64,000 nucleotides of DNA from Octopus sinensis (taxonomy: Eukaryota). Below, piece after piece: positions 9,470 through 22,140 of this stretch. Each line of letters opens with the position of its first letter. Positions within the stretch are counted from its first letter, which is position 1. A model generated the notes under the pieces. It was not told the DNA's origin. It saw only the letters and a list, made by a program, of their open reading frames with translations, and did no database searches. Location: assembly GCF_006345805.1 (NCBI RefSeq), contig NC_043026.1, positions 14,239,579-14,303,578 on the forward strand, in the 5' to 3' direction. Position numbers and translations under genes: made by a program.

Positions 9470-12400
9470 GAAAAAATTTGAACGGCACTTTTTAACATAA
9501 TTTCTAGGTAACTAAAAAATTTTAAACTTCGTATACTGGTAGAATGTGTTTATAAAACATCTTTTTCTCTTGGCTTTATTGAGAAAATTCTATAGTTTGT
9601 AAGATATGGATCTTTTCGCTTTGAACGGCAGTTTTTAACATAATTTCTAGGTAACTAAAAAATGTTAAACTTCGTATACTGGTAGAATGTGTTTATAAAA
9701 CATCTTTTTCTTTTGGCTTTATTGAGAAAATTATATGGTTTGTAAGATATGGATCTTTTCGCTTTGAACGGCAGTTTTTAACATAATTTCTAGGTAACTA
9801 AAAAATGTTAAACTTCGTATACTGGTAGAATGTGTTTATAAAACATCTTTTTCTCTTGGCTTTATTGAGAAAATTCTATAGTTTGTAAGATATGGATCTT
9901 TTCGGTTTGAACGGCAGTTTTTAACATAATTTCTAGGTAACTAAAAAATGTTAAACTTCGTATACTGGTAGAATGTGTTTATAAAACATCTTTTTCTCTT
10001 GGCTTTATTGAGAAAATTCTATAGTTTCTAAGATATGGATCTTTTCGGTTTGAACGGCAGTTTTTAACATAATTTCTAGGTAACTAAAAAATTTTAAACT
10101 TCGTATACTGGTAGAATGTGTTTATAAAACATCTTTTTCTCTTGGCTTTATTGAGAAAATTCTATAGTTTGTAAGATATGGATCTTTTCGGTTTGAACGG
10201 CAGTTTTTAACATAATTTCTAGGTAACTAAAAAATTTTAAACTTCGTATACTGGTAGAATGTGTTTATAAAACATCTTTTTCTCTTGGCTTTATTGAGAA
10301 AATTCTAGAATTTGTAAGATATGGATCTTTTCCTTTTGAACGGCAGTTTTTAACATAATTTCTAGGTAACTAAAAAATTTTAAACTCGTATACTGGTAGA
10401 ATGTGTTTATAAAACATTTTTTTCTCTCGGCTTTATTGAGAAAATTCTAGAATTTGTAAGATATGGATCTTTTCCATTTGAACGGCAGTTTTTAACATAA
10501 TTTCTAGGTAACTAAACAATTTTAAACTTCGTATACTGGTAGGATGTGTTTATAAAACATTTTTTCTTTTGGCTTTATTGAGAAAATTATATGGTTTGTA
10601 AGATATGGATCTTTTCGCTTTGAACGGCAGTTTTTAACATAATTTCTAGGTAACTAAAAAATTTTAAACTTCGTATACTGGTAGAATGTGTTTATAAAAC
10701 ATCTTTTTCTCTTGGCTTTATTGAGAAAATTCTATAGTTTCTAAGATATGGATCTTTTCGGTTTGAACGGCAGTTTTTAACATAATTTCTAGGTAACTAA
10801 AAAATTTTAAACTTCGTATACTCGTAGAATGTGTTTATAAAACATCTTTTTCTCTTGGCTTTATTGAGAAAATTCTATAGTTTCTAAGATATGGATCTTT
10901 TCGGTTTGAACGGCAGTTTTTAACATAATTTCAAGGTAACTAAAAAATTTTAAACTTCGTATACTGGTAGAATGTGTTTATAAAACATCTTTTTCTCTTG
11001 GCTTTATTGAGAAAATTCTATAGTTTCTAAGATATGGATCTTTTCGGTTTGAACGGCAGTTTTTAACATAATTTCTAGGTAACTAAAAAATTTTAAACTT
11101 CGTATACTCGTAGAATGTGTTTATAAAACATCTTTTTCTCTTTGCTTTATTGAGAAAATTCTATAGTTTCTAAGATATGGATCTTTTCGGTTTGAACGGC
11201 AGTTTTTAACATAATTTCTAGGTAACTAAAAAATTTTAAACTTCGTATACTGGTAGAATGTGTTTATAAAACATATTTTTCTCCTGGCTTTATTGAGAAA
11301 ATTCTATAGTTTCTAAGATATGGATCTTTTCGCTTTGAACGGCAGTTTTTAACATAATTTCTAGGTAACTAAAAAATTTTAAACTTCGTATACTGGTAGA
11401 ATGTGTTTATAAAACATCTTTTTCTCTTGGCTTTATTGAGAAAGTTCTATAGTTTCTAGGATATGGATCTTTTCGCTTTCAACGGCAGTTTTTAACATAA
11501 TTTCTAGGTAATTAAAAAATTTAAACTTCGTATACTGGTAGAATGTGTTTATAAAACATCTTTTCCTCTTGGCTTTATTGAGAAAATTCTATAGTTTGTA
11601 AGATATGGATCTTTTCGCTTTGAACGGCAGTTTTTAACATAATTTCTAGGTAACTAAAAAATGTTAAACTTCGTATACTGGTAGATAGAATGTTTATAAA
11701 ACATCTTTTTCTCTTGGCTTTATTGAGAAAATTCTATAGTTTCTAAGATATGGATCTTTTCGGTTTGAACGGCAGTTTTTAACATAATTTCTAGGTAACT
11801 AAAAAATGTTAAACTTCGTATACTGGTAGAATGTGTTTATAAAACATCTTTTTCTTTTGGCTTTATTGAGAAAATTATATGGTTAGTAAGATATGGATCT
11901 TTTCGGTTTGAACGGCAGTTTTTAACATAATTTCTTGGTAACTAAAAAATGTTAAACTTCGTATACTGGTAGAATGTGTTTATAAAAAATATCTTTTTCT
12001 CTTGGCTTTATTGAGAAAATTCTATAGTTTGTAAGATATGGATCTTTTCGGTTTGAACGGCAGTTTTTAACATAATTTCTACGTAACTAAAAAATGTTAC
12101 ACTTCGTATACTGGTAGAATGTGTTTATAAAACATCTTTTTCTCTTGGCTTTATTGAGAAAATTCTATAGTTTCTAAGATATGGATCTTTTCGGTTTGAA
12201 CGGCAGTTTTTAACATAATTTCTAGGTAACTAAAAAATTTTAAACTTCGTACACTGGTAGAATGTGTTTATAAAACATCTTTTTCTCTTGGCTTTATTGA
12301 AGAAAATTCTAGTTTGTAAGATATGGATCTTTTCGGTTTGAACGGCAGTTTTTAACATAATTTCTAGGTAACTAAAAAATTTTAAACTTCGTATACTCGT

Positions 12401-15400
12401 AGAATGTGTTTATAAAACATCTTTTTCTCTTTGCTTTATTGAGAAAATTCTATAGTTCTAAGATATGGATCTTTTCGTTTGAACGGCAGTTTTTACATAA
12501 TTTCTAGGTAACTAAAAAATTTTAAACTTCGTATACTGGTAGAATGTGTTTATAAAACATCTTTTTCTTTTGGCTTTATTGAGAAAATTATATGGTTTGT
12601 AAGATATGGATCTTTTCGCTTTGAACGGCAGTTTTTAACATAATTTCTAGGTAACTAAAAAATTTTAAACTTCGTATACTGGTAGAATGTGTTTTAAAAA
12701 CATCTTTTTCTCTTGGCTTTATTGAGAAAATTCTATAGTTTCTAAGATATGGATCTTTTCGGTTTGAACGGCACTTTTTAACATAATTCTAGGTAACTAA
12801 AAAATTTTAAACTTCGTACACTGGTAGAATGTGTTTATAAAACATCTTTTTCTCTTGGCTTATTGAGAGAAAATTCTATAGTTTGTAAGATATGGATCTT
12901 TTCGGTTTGAACGGCAGTTTTTAACATAATTTCTAGGTAACTAAAAAATTTTAAACTTCGTATACTCGTAGAATGTGTTTATAAAACATCTTTTTCTCTC
13001 GGCTTTATTGAGAAAATTCTAGAATTTGTAAGATATGGATCTTTTCCTTTTGAACGGCAGTTTTTAACATAATTTCTAGGTAACTAAAAAATTTTAAACT
13101 TCGTATACTGGTAGAATGTGTTTATAAAACATCTTTTTCTTTTGGCTTTATTGAGAAAATTATATGGTTTGTAAGATATGGATCTTTTCGCTTTGAACGG
13201 CAGTTTTTAACATAATTTCTAGGTAACTAAAAAATTTTAAACTTCGTATACTAGTAGAATGTGTTTATAAAACATCTTTTTCTCTTGGCTTTATTGAGAA
13301 AATTCTATAGTTTCTAAGATATGGATCTTTTCGGTTTGAACGGCAGTTTTTAACATAATTTCTAGGTAACTAAAAAATGTTAAACTTCGTATACTGGTAG
13401 AATGTGTTTATAAAACATCTTTTTCTCTTGGCTTTATTGAGAAAATTCTATAGTTTCTAAGATATGGATCTTTTCGGTTTGAACGGCAGTTTTTAACATA
13501 ATTTCTAGGTAACTAAAAAATGTTAAACTTCGTATACTGGTAGAATGTGTTTATAAAACATCTTTTTCTCTAGGCTTTATTGAGAAAATTCTATAGTTTG
13601 TAAGATATGGATCTTTTCCTTTTGAACGGCAGTTTTTAACATAATTTCTAGGTAACTAAAAAATTTTAAACTTCGTATACTGGTAGAATGTGTTTATAAA
13701 ACATCTTTTTCTCTTGGCTTTATTGACAAAATTCTATAGTTTCTAAGATATGGATCTTTTCGGTTTGAACGGCAGTTTTTAACATAATTTCTAGGTAACT
13801 AAAAAATTTTAAACTTCGTATACTGGTAGAATGTGTTTATAAAACATCTTTTTCTCTTGGCTTTATTGAGAAAATTCTAGAGTTTGTAAGATATGGATCT
13901 TTTCGGTTTGAACGGCAGTTTTTAACATAATTTCTAGGTAACTAAAAAATTTTAAACTTCGTATACTGGTAGAATGTGTTTATAAAACATCTTTTTCTAT
14001 TGGCTTTATTGAGAAAATTCTATAGTTTCTAAGATATGGGTCTTTTCGGTTTGAACGGCAGTTTTTAACATAATTTCTAGGTAACTAAAAAATGTTAAAC
14101 TTCGTATACTGGTAGAATGTGTTTATAAAACATCTTTTTCTCTTGGCTTTATTGAGAAAATTCTATAGTTTCTAAGATATGGATATTTTCGGTTTGAACG
14201 GCAGTTTTTAACATAATTTCTAGGTAACTAAAAAATGTTAAACTTCGTATACTGGTAGAATGTGTTTATAAAACATCTTTTTCTCTTGGCTTTATTGAGA
14301 AAATTCTATAGTTTCTAACATATTTGTTGGGATCTTTTCCTTTTGAACGGCAGACAATTTCTAGTTAACTAAACACATTAAAACTTCGTATACTGGTAGA
14401 ATGTGTCAAAATAAAACATTTTTTCTCTTGGCTTTCTTGAGAAAATTGTAATTTGTAAGTTTAACGTAGTGTAACTTTTCGAATTTTAACCAATCCTATG
14501 CTCTCTTTTGAGCTAAAATCATTTGCTGCGTCTAAAACTGAGACAACATCCTGTAACTAACCCTAAACCTCCCCCCTAACCCTAAGTATTTTTTTGTTGA
14601 TTGTTAAATTAATTTAATTGTTACGTGTGTAAAAAAAAAACTAAAGCAATGGAATTAAATTAATTTAACAATTAAGAAAAAAAAATTTAGGGTTAGAGTT
14701 AGGGAGGAGGTTTAGGGTTAGTTACAGGATGTTGTCTCAGTTTTAGACGCAGCAAATAATTTTAGTTGAATGGAGATAATCGATTGGTTAAAATTGCCGA
14801 AATGCTCGGATTTTCAGACTAAATATCTTACAAACTATAGAATTTTCTCAATACAGCCAAGAAAAAGTGATATTTTATAAACACATTTAACCAGTATACG
14901 AAGTTTAAAAGTGTTTATTTAACTAGAAATTGTGTTGACATCTGCCGTTCAAAAGGAAAAGATACATTTGCTATTTTTTTCTGCAATTTCAACCAATCAA
15001 TGACCGTCTATTTTAATAAAATTTTTAATTAGATCCTTTTTACTTTCATAGCCAAAAAATGTTAAACTTCGTATACTGGTAGAATGTGTTTATAAAACAT
15101 CTTTTTCTCTTGGCTTTATTGAGAAAATTCTATAGTTTGTAAGATATGGATCTTTTCGGTTTGAACGGCAGTTTTTAACATAATTTCTAGGTAACTAAAA
15201 AATTTTAAACTTCGTATACTGGTAGAATGTGTTTATAAAACATCTTTTTCTTTTGGCTTTATTGAGAAAATTATATGGTTTGTAAGATATGGATCTTTTC
15301 GGTTTTAACGGCAGTTTTTAACATAATTTCTAGGTAACTAAAAAATGTTAAACTTCGTATACTGGTAGAATGTGTTTATAAAACATCTTTTTCTCTTGGC

Positions 15401-15690
15401 TTTATTGAGAAAATTCTATAGTTTGTAAGATATGGATCTTTTCGGTTTGAACGGCAGTTTTTAACATAATTTCTAGGTAACTAAAAAATGTTAAACTTCG
15501 TATACTGGTAGAATGTGTTTATAAAACATCTTTTTCTCTTGGCTTTATTGAGAAAATTCTATAGTTTGCAAGATATGGATCTTTTCGGTTTGAACGGCAG
15601 TTTTTAACATAATTTCTAGGTAACTAAAAAATTTTAAACTTCGTATACTGGTAGAATGTGTTTATAAAATTCTATAGTTTCTAACATATT
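9470..15690 (-). repeat. 143-bp tandem satellite derived from the MITE right end (~34 copies to 14300, ~4 more at 15057-15670)
   Basis: Unit ggatcttttcggtttgaacggcagtttttaacataatttctaggtaac...gtttgtaagatat. GGATC at 9608, 9751, 9894 and so on. Lies in intron 2 of the GT31 gene. Confidence 0.9.
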
Positions 15691-16363
15691 TGTTGGTATC
15701 TTTTCCTTTTGAACGGCAGACAATTTCTAGTTAACTAAACACTTTAAAACTTCGTATACTGGTAGAATGTGTCAAAATAAAACATTCTTTCTCTTGGCTT
15801 TCTTGAGAAAATTGTAATTTGTTTGTTTAACATAGTTTAATTTTTCGAATTTTAACCAATCCTATGCTCTCTTTTGAGCTAAAATCATTTGCTGCGTCTA
15901 AAACTGAGACAACATCCTGTCACTACCCCTTAACCTAACCCTAACCCTAATTTTTTTTTTAATTGTTAAATTAATTTAACAATTAAGAAAAAAAATAGGG
16001 TTAGGGGGAGGGGGAGGTTTAGGGTTAGTTACAGGATGTTGTCTCAGTTTTAGACGCAGCAAATAATTTTAGTTGAATGGAGATAATCGATTGGTTAAAA
16101 TTGCCGAAATGCTCGGATTTTCAGACTAAATATCTTACAAACTATAGAATTTTCTCAATACAGCCAAGAAAAAGTGATATTTTATAAACACATTTAACCA
16201 GTATACGAAGTTTAAAAGTGTTTATTTAACTAGAAATTGTGTTGACATCTGCCGTTCAAAAGGAAAAGATACATTTGCTATTTTTTTCTGCAATTTCAAC
16301 CAATCAATGACCGTCTATTTTAATAAAATTTTTAATTAGATCCTTTTTACTTTCATAGCCAAA
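14330..16363. mobile_element. Two copies (14330-14965, 15696-16272) of a related foldback element with long imperfect inverted arms containing CCCTAA/TTAGGG motifs
   Basis: Termini ggatc/gtatc...gatac resemble the MITE TIR. The arms are reverse-complementary (gctgcgtctaaaactgagacaacatcctgt versus acaggatgttgtctcagttttagacgcagc). Both copies are followed by the same ~90-bp tail. Confidence 0.75.
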
Positions 16364-16547
16364 ATTCGGACATTACTTATGGCATTACCGGATAATTGAC
16401 TATTTAAAATTTTTTGTAACTTTTTTGAAAACACAGTGCGGATTTTTTCGGTTTGAACGGCAGTTTTTTCTAGCGGTGTCATATGAAATTGTCACCCATA
16501 AGATGGTACTGGAGGCAGTGCAACCAGTTCGTGCGTATACATGTATA

Positions 16548-16952
16548 TATTTCTTTACTACCCACAAGGGGCTAAACACAGAGGGGACAAACAAGGACAG
16601 ACAAAGGGAATAAGTCGATTATATCGACCCCAGTGCGAAACTGGTACTTTATTTGTCGACCCCGAAAGGATGAAAGGCAAAATCAACCTCGGCGGAATTT
16701 GAACTCAGAACGTAACGACAGGCGAAATACCTATTTCTTTATTACCCACAAGGGGCTAAACACAGAGGGGACAAACAAGGACAGACAAAGGGAATAAGTC
16801 GATTATATCGACCCCAGTGCGAAACTGGTACTTTATTTATCGACCCCGAAAGGATGAAAGGCAAAGTCGACCTCGGTGGAATTTGAACTCAGAACGGAAC
16901 GACAGACGAAATACCGCTGAGCATTTCGCCCGGCGTGCTAACGATTCGGCCA
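16548..16952 (-). mobile_element. SINE family 2 (tRNA-derived, Nin/Deu-like central domain) with internal tandem duplication
   Basis: Reverse complement of 60391-60805. Central domain gccgaggtcgactttgcctttcatcctttcggggtcgataaataaagtacc; the 3' ~190 bp is present twice. Confidence 0.75.
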
Positions 16953-17001
16953 ATATACGCAATATACACATGAAACAGACCTGCAACAGGACCATCCGAG
17001 T

Positions 17002-17280
17002 AGGGGGAGACCGGGGCAAGTTGACTACAGGGGCAAGTTGACACATTTTGTCTAGAGAAAATGCGAAACTGCTTTCGGACGATTTAATGACATCATAGCA
17101 GTGCTATTAGTATAAGCTTCCCCCTCATTTGATTTCGTCACCGTTGTGGGAGTTTGTCTGCTACACGCGGACAACATTGGAATTTTCCACTTGGTTAGTT
17201 ATTTTCGACATTTTTGATAATTAGTTATTTTGGATATTGTTTAAGGCTGCACACATTGAAACTCCGACGTCTGGCAGCTG
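17002..17280 (+). mobile_element. Probable terminal fragment of a pogo/Tc1-mariner-type DNA transposon
   Basis: TA|GGGGGAGACCGGGGCAAGTTGAC with a 13-bp subterminal direct repeat ggggcaagttgac at 17013 and 17030. The opposite end was not found. Confidence 0.4.
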
Positions 17281-17284
17281 ACTT

Positions 17285-17430
17285 GGTAAGTAGCTTGCTT
17301 ACCAACCACATGGTTCCGGGTTCAGTCCCACTGCATGGCATCTTGGGCAAGTGTCTTCTACTATAGCGTCGGGCCAACCAATGCCTTGTGAGTGAATTTG
17401 GTAGACGGAAACTGAAAGAAGCCCGTCGTA

Positions 17431-17473
<43 letters not shown>

Positions 17474-17920
17474 ATGTGTTTGTGTGTCTGTGTTTGTCCC
17501 CCTAGCATTGCTTGACAACCGATGCTGGTGTGTTTATATCCCCGTTACTTAGCGGTTCGGCAAAAAGAGACCGATAGAATAAGTGTTGGGCTTACAAAAG
17601 AATAAGTCCTGGAGTCAAGCTGCTCGATTAAAGGCGGTGCTCCAGCATGGCCACAGTCAACTGACTGAAACAAGTAAAAGAGACCGATAGAATAAGTACT
17701 GGGCTTACGAAGAATAAGTCCTGGGGTCGATTTGCTCGATTAAAAGGCGGTGCTCCAGCATGGCCGCAGTCAAATGACTGAAACAAGTGAAAGAGACCGA
17801 TAGAATAAGTACTGGGCTTACAAAGAATAAGTCCCGGGGTCGAGTTGCTTGATCAAAAGGTGGTGCTCCAGCATGGCCGCTGTCAAATGACTGAAACAAG
17901 TGAAAGAGTGAAAGAGTAAA
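17285..17920 (+). mobile_element. SINE family 1 with three tandem copies of the 112-bp tail
   Basis: agaccgatagaataag restarts at ~17568, 17681 and 17794. Confidence 0.85.
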
Positions 17921-17981
17921 AGAGTGACAAGATGCCTTTAATTATGACGATTGATAGAGTTAAAATAAAGCGTTATCTTAC

Positions 17982-18089
17982 GCGAAGCATAGAGCTGAGA
18001 CACAGACTGCGGTTTATATTGCTGATACCAAGATTCAAGGTTGCACTGACTCAATTTGATTTCAGGAATCTCATCTTCTGGGAAGAGCC
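17982..18089 (-). CDS. GT31 gene coding exon 2 (stem region, 108 nt, phase 1-1)
   Basis: Acceptor cctcttttacatgcag| (AG at 18091-18090) and donor |GTAAGA at 17981. Encodes (W)LFPEDEIPEIKLSQCNLESWYQQYKPQSVSQLYAS(R). Phases match both neighbouring exons. Confidence 0.75.
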
Positions 18090-18122
18090 CTGCATGTAAA
18101 AGAGGCATCATTATATAAGCAA

Positions 18123-18921
18123 CTAGCAGCATCGCCCGGCGTTGCTCGGGTTTGTAAGGGAAATAACTATATAAGCATTTTTAGAGAGTTATAGCCAAAA
18201 AAATAGCAAAAATATGCATTAAAATGGAAAAAAAATGATGGTAAATTATTTTTTGAAATCGTTGACTCATCGTAGACATTTTTAGAGAGTTAATTCCCTT
18301 ATATTTAAAAAAATATGAATTAAAACGGAAAAAAATGATGGTAAATTATCTTTAAAATCGGTGACTCATCGTAGACATTTTTAGAGAGTTACTTCCCTTA
18401 TATTTAAAAAAATATGCATTAAAATGGAAAAAAATGATGGTAAATTATTTTTTAAAATCGTTGACTCATCGTAGACATTTTTAGAGAGTAACTTCCCTTA
18501 TATTTAAAAAAATATGCATTAAAATGGAAAAAAATGATGGTAAATTATTTTTAAAATCGTTGACTCATCGTAGACACTTTTAGAGAGTTACTTCCCTTAT
18601 ATTTAAAAAATATGGATTAAAATGGAAAATAATGATGGTAAATTATCTTTAAAAACGTTGACTCATCGTAGACATTTTTAGAGAGTTACTTCCCTTATAT
18701 TTAAAAAAATATGGATTAAAATGGAATAAAATGATGGTAAATTATTTTTTAAATCGGAGACTCATCGTAGACACGCGCGAATACGCAGAAGGGCTCGATA
18801 TGAACCATGACTATAAGATACCCGGTTTTGGTTAAACTGCACCGCAAAATGTGGGAGTAGTTAGGAATCTAAATCGTAGGAGACAGACACACAACCTTAC
18901 TTTTATATATAAGCAATAAGA
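18123..18921 (-). mobile_element. Non-autonomous Helitron-like element with ~6 internal ~99-bp tandem repeats
   Basis: The minus-strand 3' end is a hairpin cccgagcaacgccggg followed by gatgctgCTAG|T. The 5' end is near A|TC...tatatataaaag (18916-18921, ambiguous). Internal gtagac markers at 18272, 18371, 18471, 18570, 18668 and 18767. Confidence 0.75.
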
Positions 18922-19073
18922 TAATACTGGAAAGAGTATTATTCTTTTTTAATTAAAAAATTGAAGAGAAAAAGGAAAGAACAGAAAGAAGTTCAAAGCG
19001 AAAGAGGAAAATATGAAGAGAGGTTTGGGAGAAGCGTAGTATTTTTACAACGATACATTTGGAAGGAAAACTC

Positions 19074-20199
19074 GGATCTTTTCGGTTTGAACGGCAGTTT
19101 TTGACATAATTTCTAGGTAACTAAAAAATTTTAAACTTCGTATACTGGTAGAATGTGTTTATAAAACATCTTTTTCTCTTGGCTTTATTGAGAAAATTCT
19201 AGAGTTTGTAAGATATGGATCTTTTCGGTTTGAACGGCAGTTTTTAACATAATTTCTAGGTAACTAAAAAATTTTAAACTTCGTATACTGGTAGAATGTG
19301 TTTATAAAACATCTTTTTCTCTTGGCTTTATTGAGAAAATTCTATAGTTTGTAAGATATGGATCTTTTCGCTTTGAACGGCAGTTTTTAACATAATTTCT
19401 AGGTAACTAAAAAATGTTAAACTTCGTATACTGGTAGAATGTGTTTATAAAACATCTTTTTCTCTTGGCTTTATTGAGAAAATTCTATAGTTTCTAAGAT
19501 ATGGATCTTTTCGGTTTGAACGGCACTTTTTAACATAATTTCTAGGTAACTAAAAAATTTTAAACTTCGTATACTCGTAGAATGTGTTTATAAAACATCT
19601 TTTTCTCTTGGCTTTATTGAGAAAATTCTATAGTTTGTAAGATATGGATCTTTTCGCTTTGAACGGCAGTTTTTAACATAATTTCTAGGTAACTAAAAAA
19701 TTTTAAACTTCGTATACTGGTAGAATGTGTTTATAAAACATCTTTTTCTCTTGGCTTTATTGAGAAAATTCTATAGTTTGTAAGATATGGATCTTTTCGC
19801 TTTGAACGGCAGTTTTTAACATAATTTCTAGGTAACTAAAAAATGTTAAACTTCGTATACTGGTAGAATGTGTTTATAAAACATCTTTTTCTCTTGGCTT
19901 TATTGAGAAAATTCTATAGTTTGTAAGATAATTATTGTTGTTTTTCTTCAATTTCTGCAATTTCAACCAATCAATGACCGTATATTGAGGTGAAAACATT
20001 CTGTGCCGTATGAATATGTCCCTCGTTTAAGAAACAGATTGGGTTTATTTACATTTGTGAAGAAAAAAAGATACCCTTCCCCCCACTCCTAACCCTAAAA
20101 TAGATTGAAATGCAATAGATCGATACTAGGGTCATAATTATGGGTGACAATTTCATATGACACCACTAGAAAAAACTGCCGTTCAAACGGAAAAGATCC
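19074..20199 (-). mobile_element. Complete MITE copy with six tandem 143-bp ends
   Basis: GGATC at 19074 and GATCC at 20195-20199, with the internal segment present. No TSD visible. Confidence 0.85.
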
Positions 20200-20326
20200 T
20201 GATTTTGATTCCTATTTTAGCCAATCGTAAATCAGGTGCAACTGTGTAATGGAAAGACTAATGAAAAATTCCATGCCTTTTTGGCACCAAATCATGGCTA
20301 TATATCGAGATGCGTAGGAAATACAT

Positions 20327-20489
20327 AATAGGAGTGGCTGTGTGGTAAGTTGCTTGCTTACGAACCACATGGTTCCGGATTCAATCACACTGCGTGGCAT
20401 CTTGGGCAAGTGTCTTCTGCTATAGCCCCGGGCCGACCAATGCCTTGTGAGTGGATTTGGTAGACAGAAACTGAAAGAAGCCTGTCGTA

Positions 20490-20540
<51 letters not shown>

Positions 20541-20775
20541 TATTATATAATGAGTGTGTGTTTGTGTGTCTGTGTTTGTTCCCCTAGCATTGCTTGACAA
20601 CCGATGCTGGTGTGTTTACGTCCCCATCACTTAACGAATCGGCAAAAAGAGACCGATAGAATAAGTACTGGGCTTACAAAAAGAATAAGTCCCGGGGTCG
20701 AGTTGCTCGACTAAAGGCGGTGCTCCAGCATGGCCGCAGTCAAATGACTGAAACAAGTAAAAGAGTAAAGAGTAG
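20327..20775 (+). mobile_element. SINE family 1, full length
   Basis: Head, microsatellite linker and tail all present. Confidence 0.85.
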
Positions 20776-20869
20776 AAGATTTGCAGAGTCTTTCTTGGTT
20801 AGATAGTAGCTATACTGCATCGACCGCGTGTTAAAAAGACCATTTCTCGCCAAGTATGAACACGTAACA

Positions 20870-21913
20870 TTTGTGAAGTAAAAAAGATACCCTTCCCCCA
20901 CCCCTAAAACAGATTGAAATGCAATAGATCGATTCTAGGGTCATAATTATGGGTGACAATTTCATATGACACCGCTAGAAAAAACTGCCGTTCAAACCGA
21001 AACGATCCCAGATTGGGTTTATTTACATTTCTGAAGAATAAAAGATACCCTTCCCCAACCCCTAAAACAGATTGAAATGCAATAGATCGATTCTAGGGTC
21101 ATAATTATGGGTGACAATTTCATATGACACCGCTAGAAAAAACTGCCGTTCAAACCGAAACGATCCCAGATTGGGTTTATTTACATTTCTGAAGAATAAA
21201 AGATACCCTTCCCCAACCCCTAAAACAGATTGAAATGCAATAGATCGATTCTAGGGTCATAATTATGGGTGACAATTTCTATGACACCGCTAGAAAAAAC
21301 TGCCGTTCAAACCGAAACGATCCCAGATTGGGTTTATTTACATTTCTGAAGAATAAAAGATACCCTTCCCCAACCCCTAAAACAGATTGAAATGCAATAG
21401 ATCGATTCTAGGGTCATAATTATGGGTGACAATTTCATATGACACCGCTAGAAAAAACTGCCGTTCAAACCGAAACGATCCCAGATTGGGTTTATTTACA
21501 TTTCTGAAGAATAAAAGATACCCTTCCCCCACCCCTAAAACAGATTGAAATGCAATAGATCGATTCTAGGGTCATAATTATGGGTGACAATTTCATATGA
21601 CACCGCTAGAAAAAACTGCCGTTCAAACCGAAACGATCCCAGATTGGGTTTATTTACATTTCTGAAGAATAAAAGATACCCTTCCCCCACCCCTAAAGCA
21701 GATTGAAATGCAATAGATCGATTCTAGGGTCATAATTATGGGTGACAATTTCATATGACACCGCTAGAAAAAACTGCCGTTCAAACCAAAACGATCCCAG
21801 ATTGGGTTTATTTACATTTCTGAAGAATAAAAGATACCCTTCCCCAACCCCTAAAACAGATTGAAATGCAATAGATCGATTCTAGGGTCATAATTATGGG
21901 TGAAAATTTCATA
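20870..21913 (-). repeat. 158-bp tandem array derived from the MITE left end (~6.5 copies)
   Basis: Termini GATCC end at 21008, 21166, 21323, 21481, 21639 and 21797, each joined to cagattgggttt. Confidence 0.9.
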
Positions 21914-22140
21914 TCCTTATTATGTTACCTGCTCAACAGTAATGAGAATTTATACAAACACTGCGAGTTTATGCAATAAGATCATTTAAACAGTTTTTCA
22001 ACAAAGAGCTAGAAATGCCTTAGTGTCACTGTAAATCAGATAGCAATCCGAATTCATAAGAAAGTTATGATTCCTTGATGCTGCCCCACATGTACTTGTT
22101 TTGGTTATGTGTGTGTCTGTGCACGTACGCTTATGTATAT

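Noticed and set aside
9470-14300. 143-bp period as evidence of nucleosome-positioning selection
   Set aside because: The length is fully explained by the MITE terminus-to-internal junction; there is no independent support.
18090-18132. Track ORF start MLLVAYIMMPLLHAG as the GT31 N-terminus
   Set aside because: The ATG lies inside the Helitron terminus. A better anchor exon exists at 23832-23772 with a phase-matched acceptor at 18090.
21929-22030. Possible extra GT31 exon (donor CAG|GTAACA at 21928)
   Set aside because: Stop codons were found in the frames examined, and it lies downstream of the ATG exon, so inclusion would disrupt the protein.
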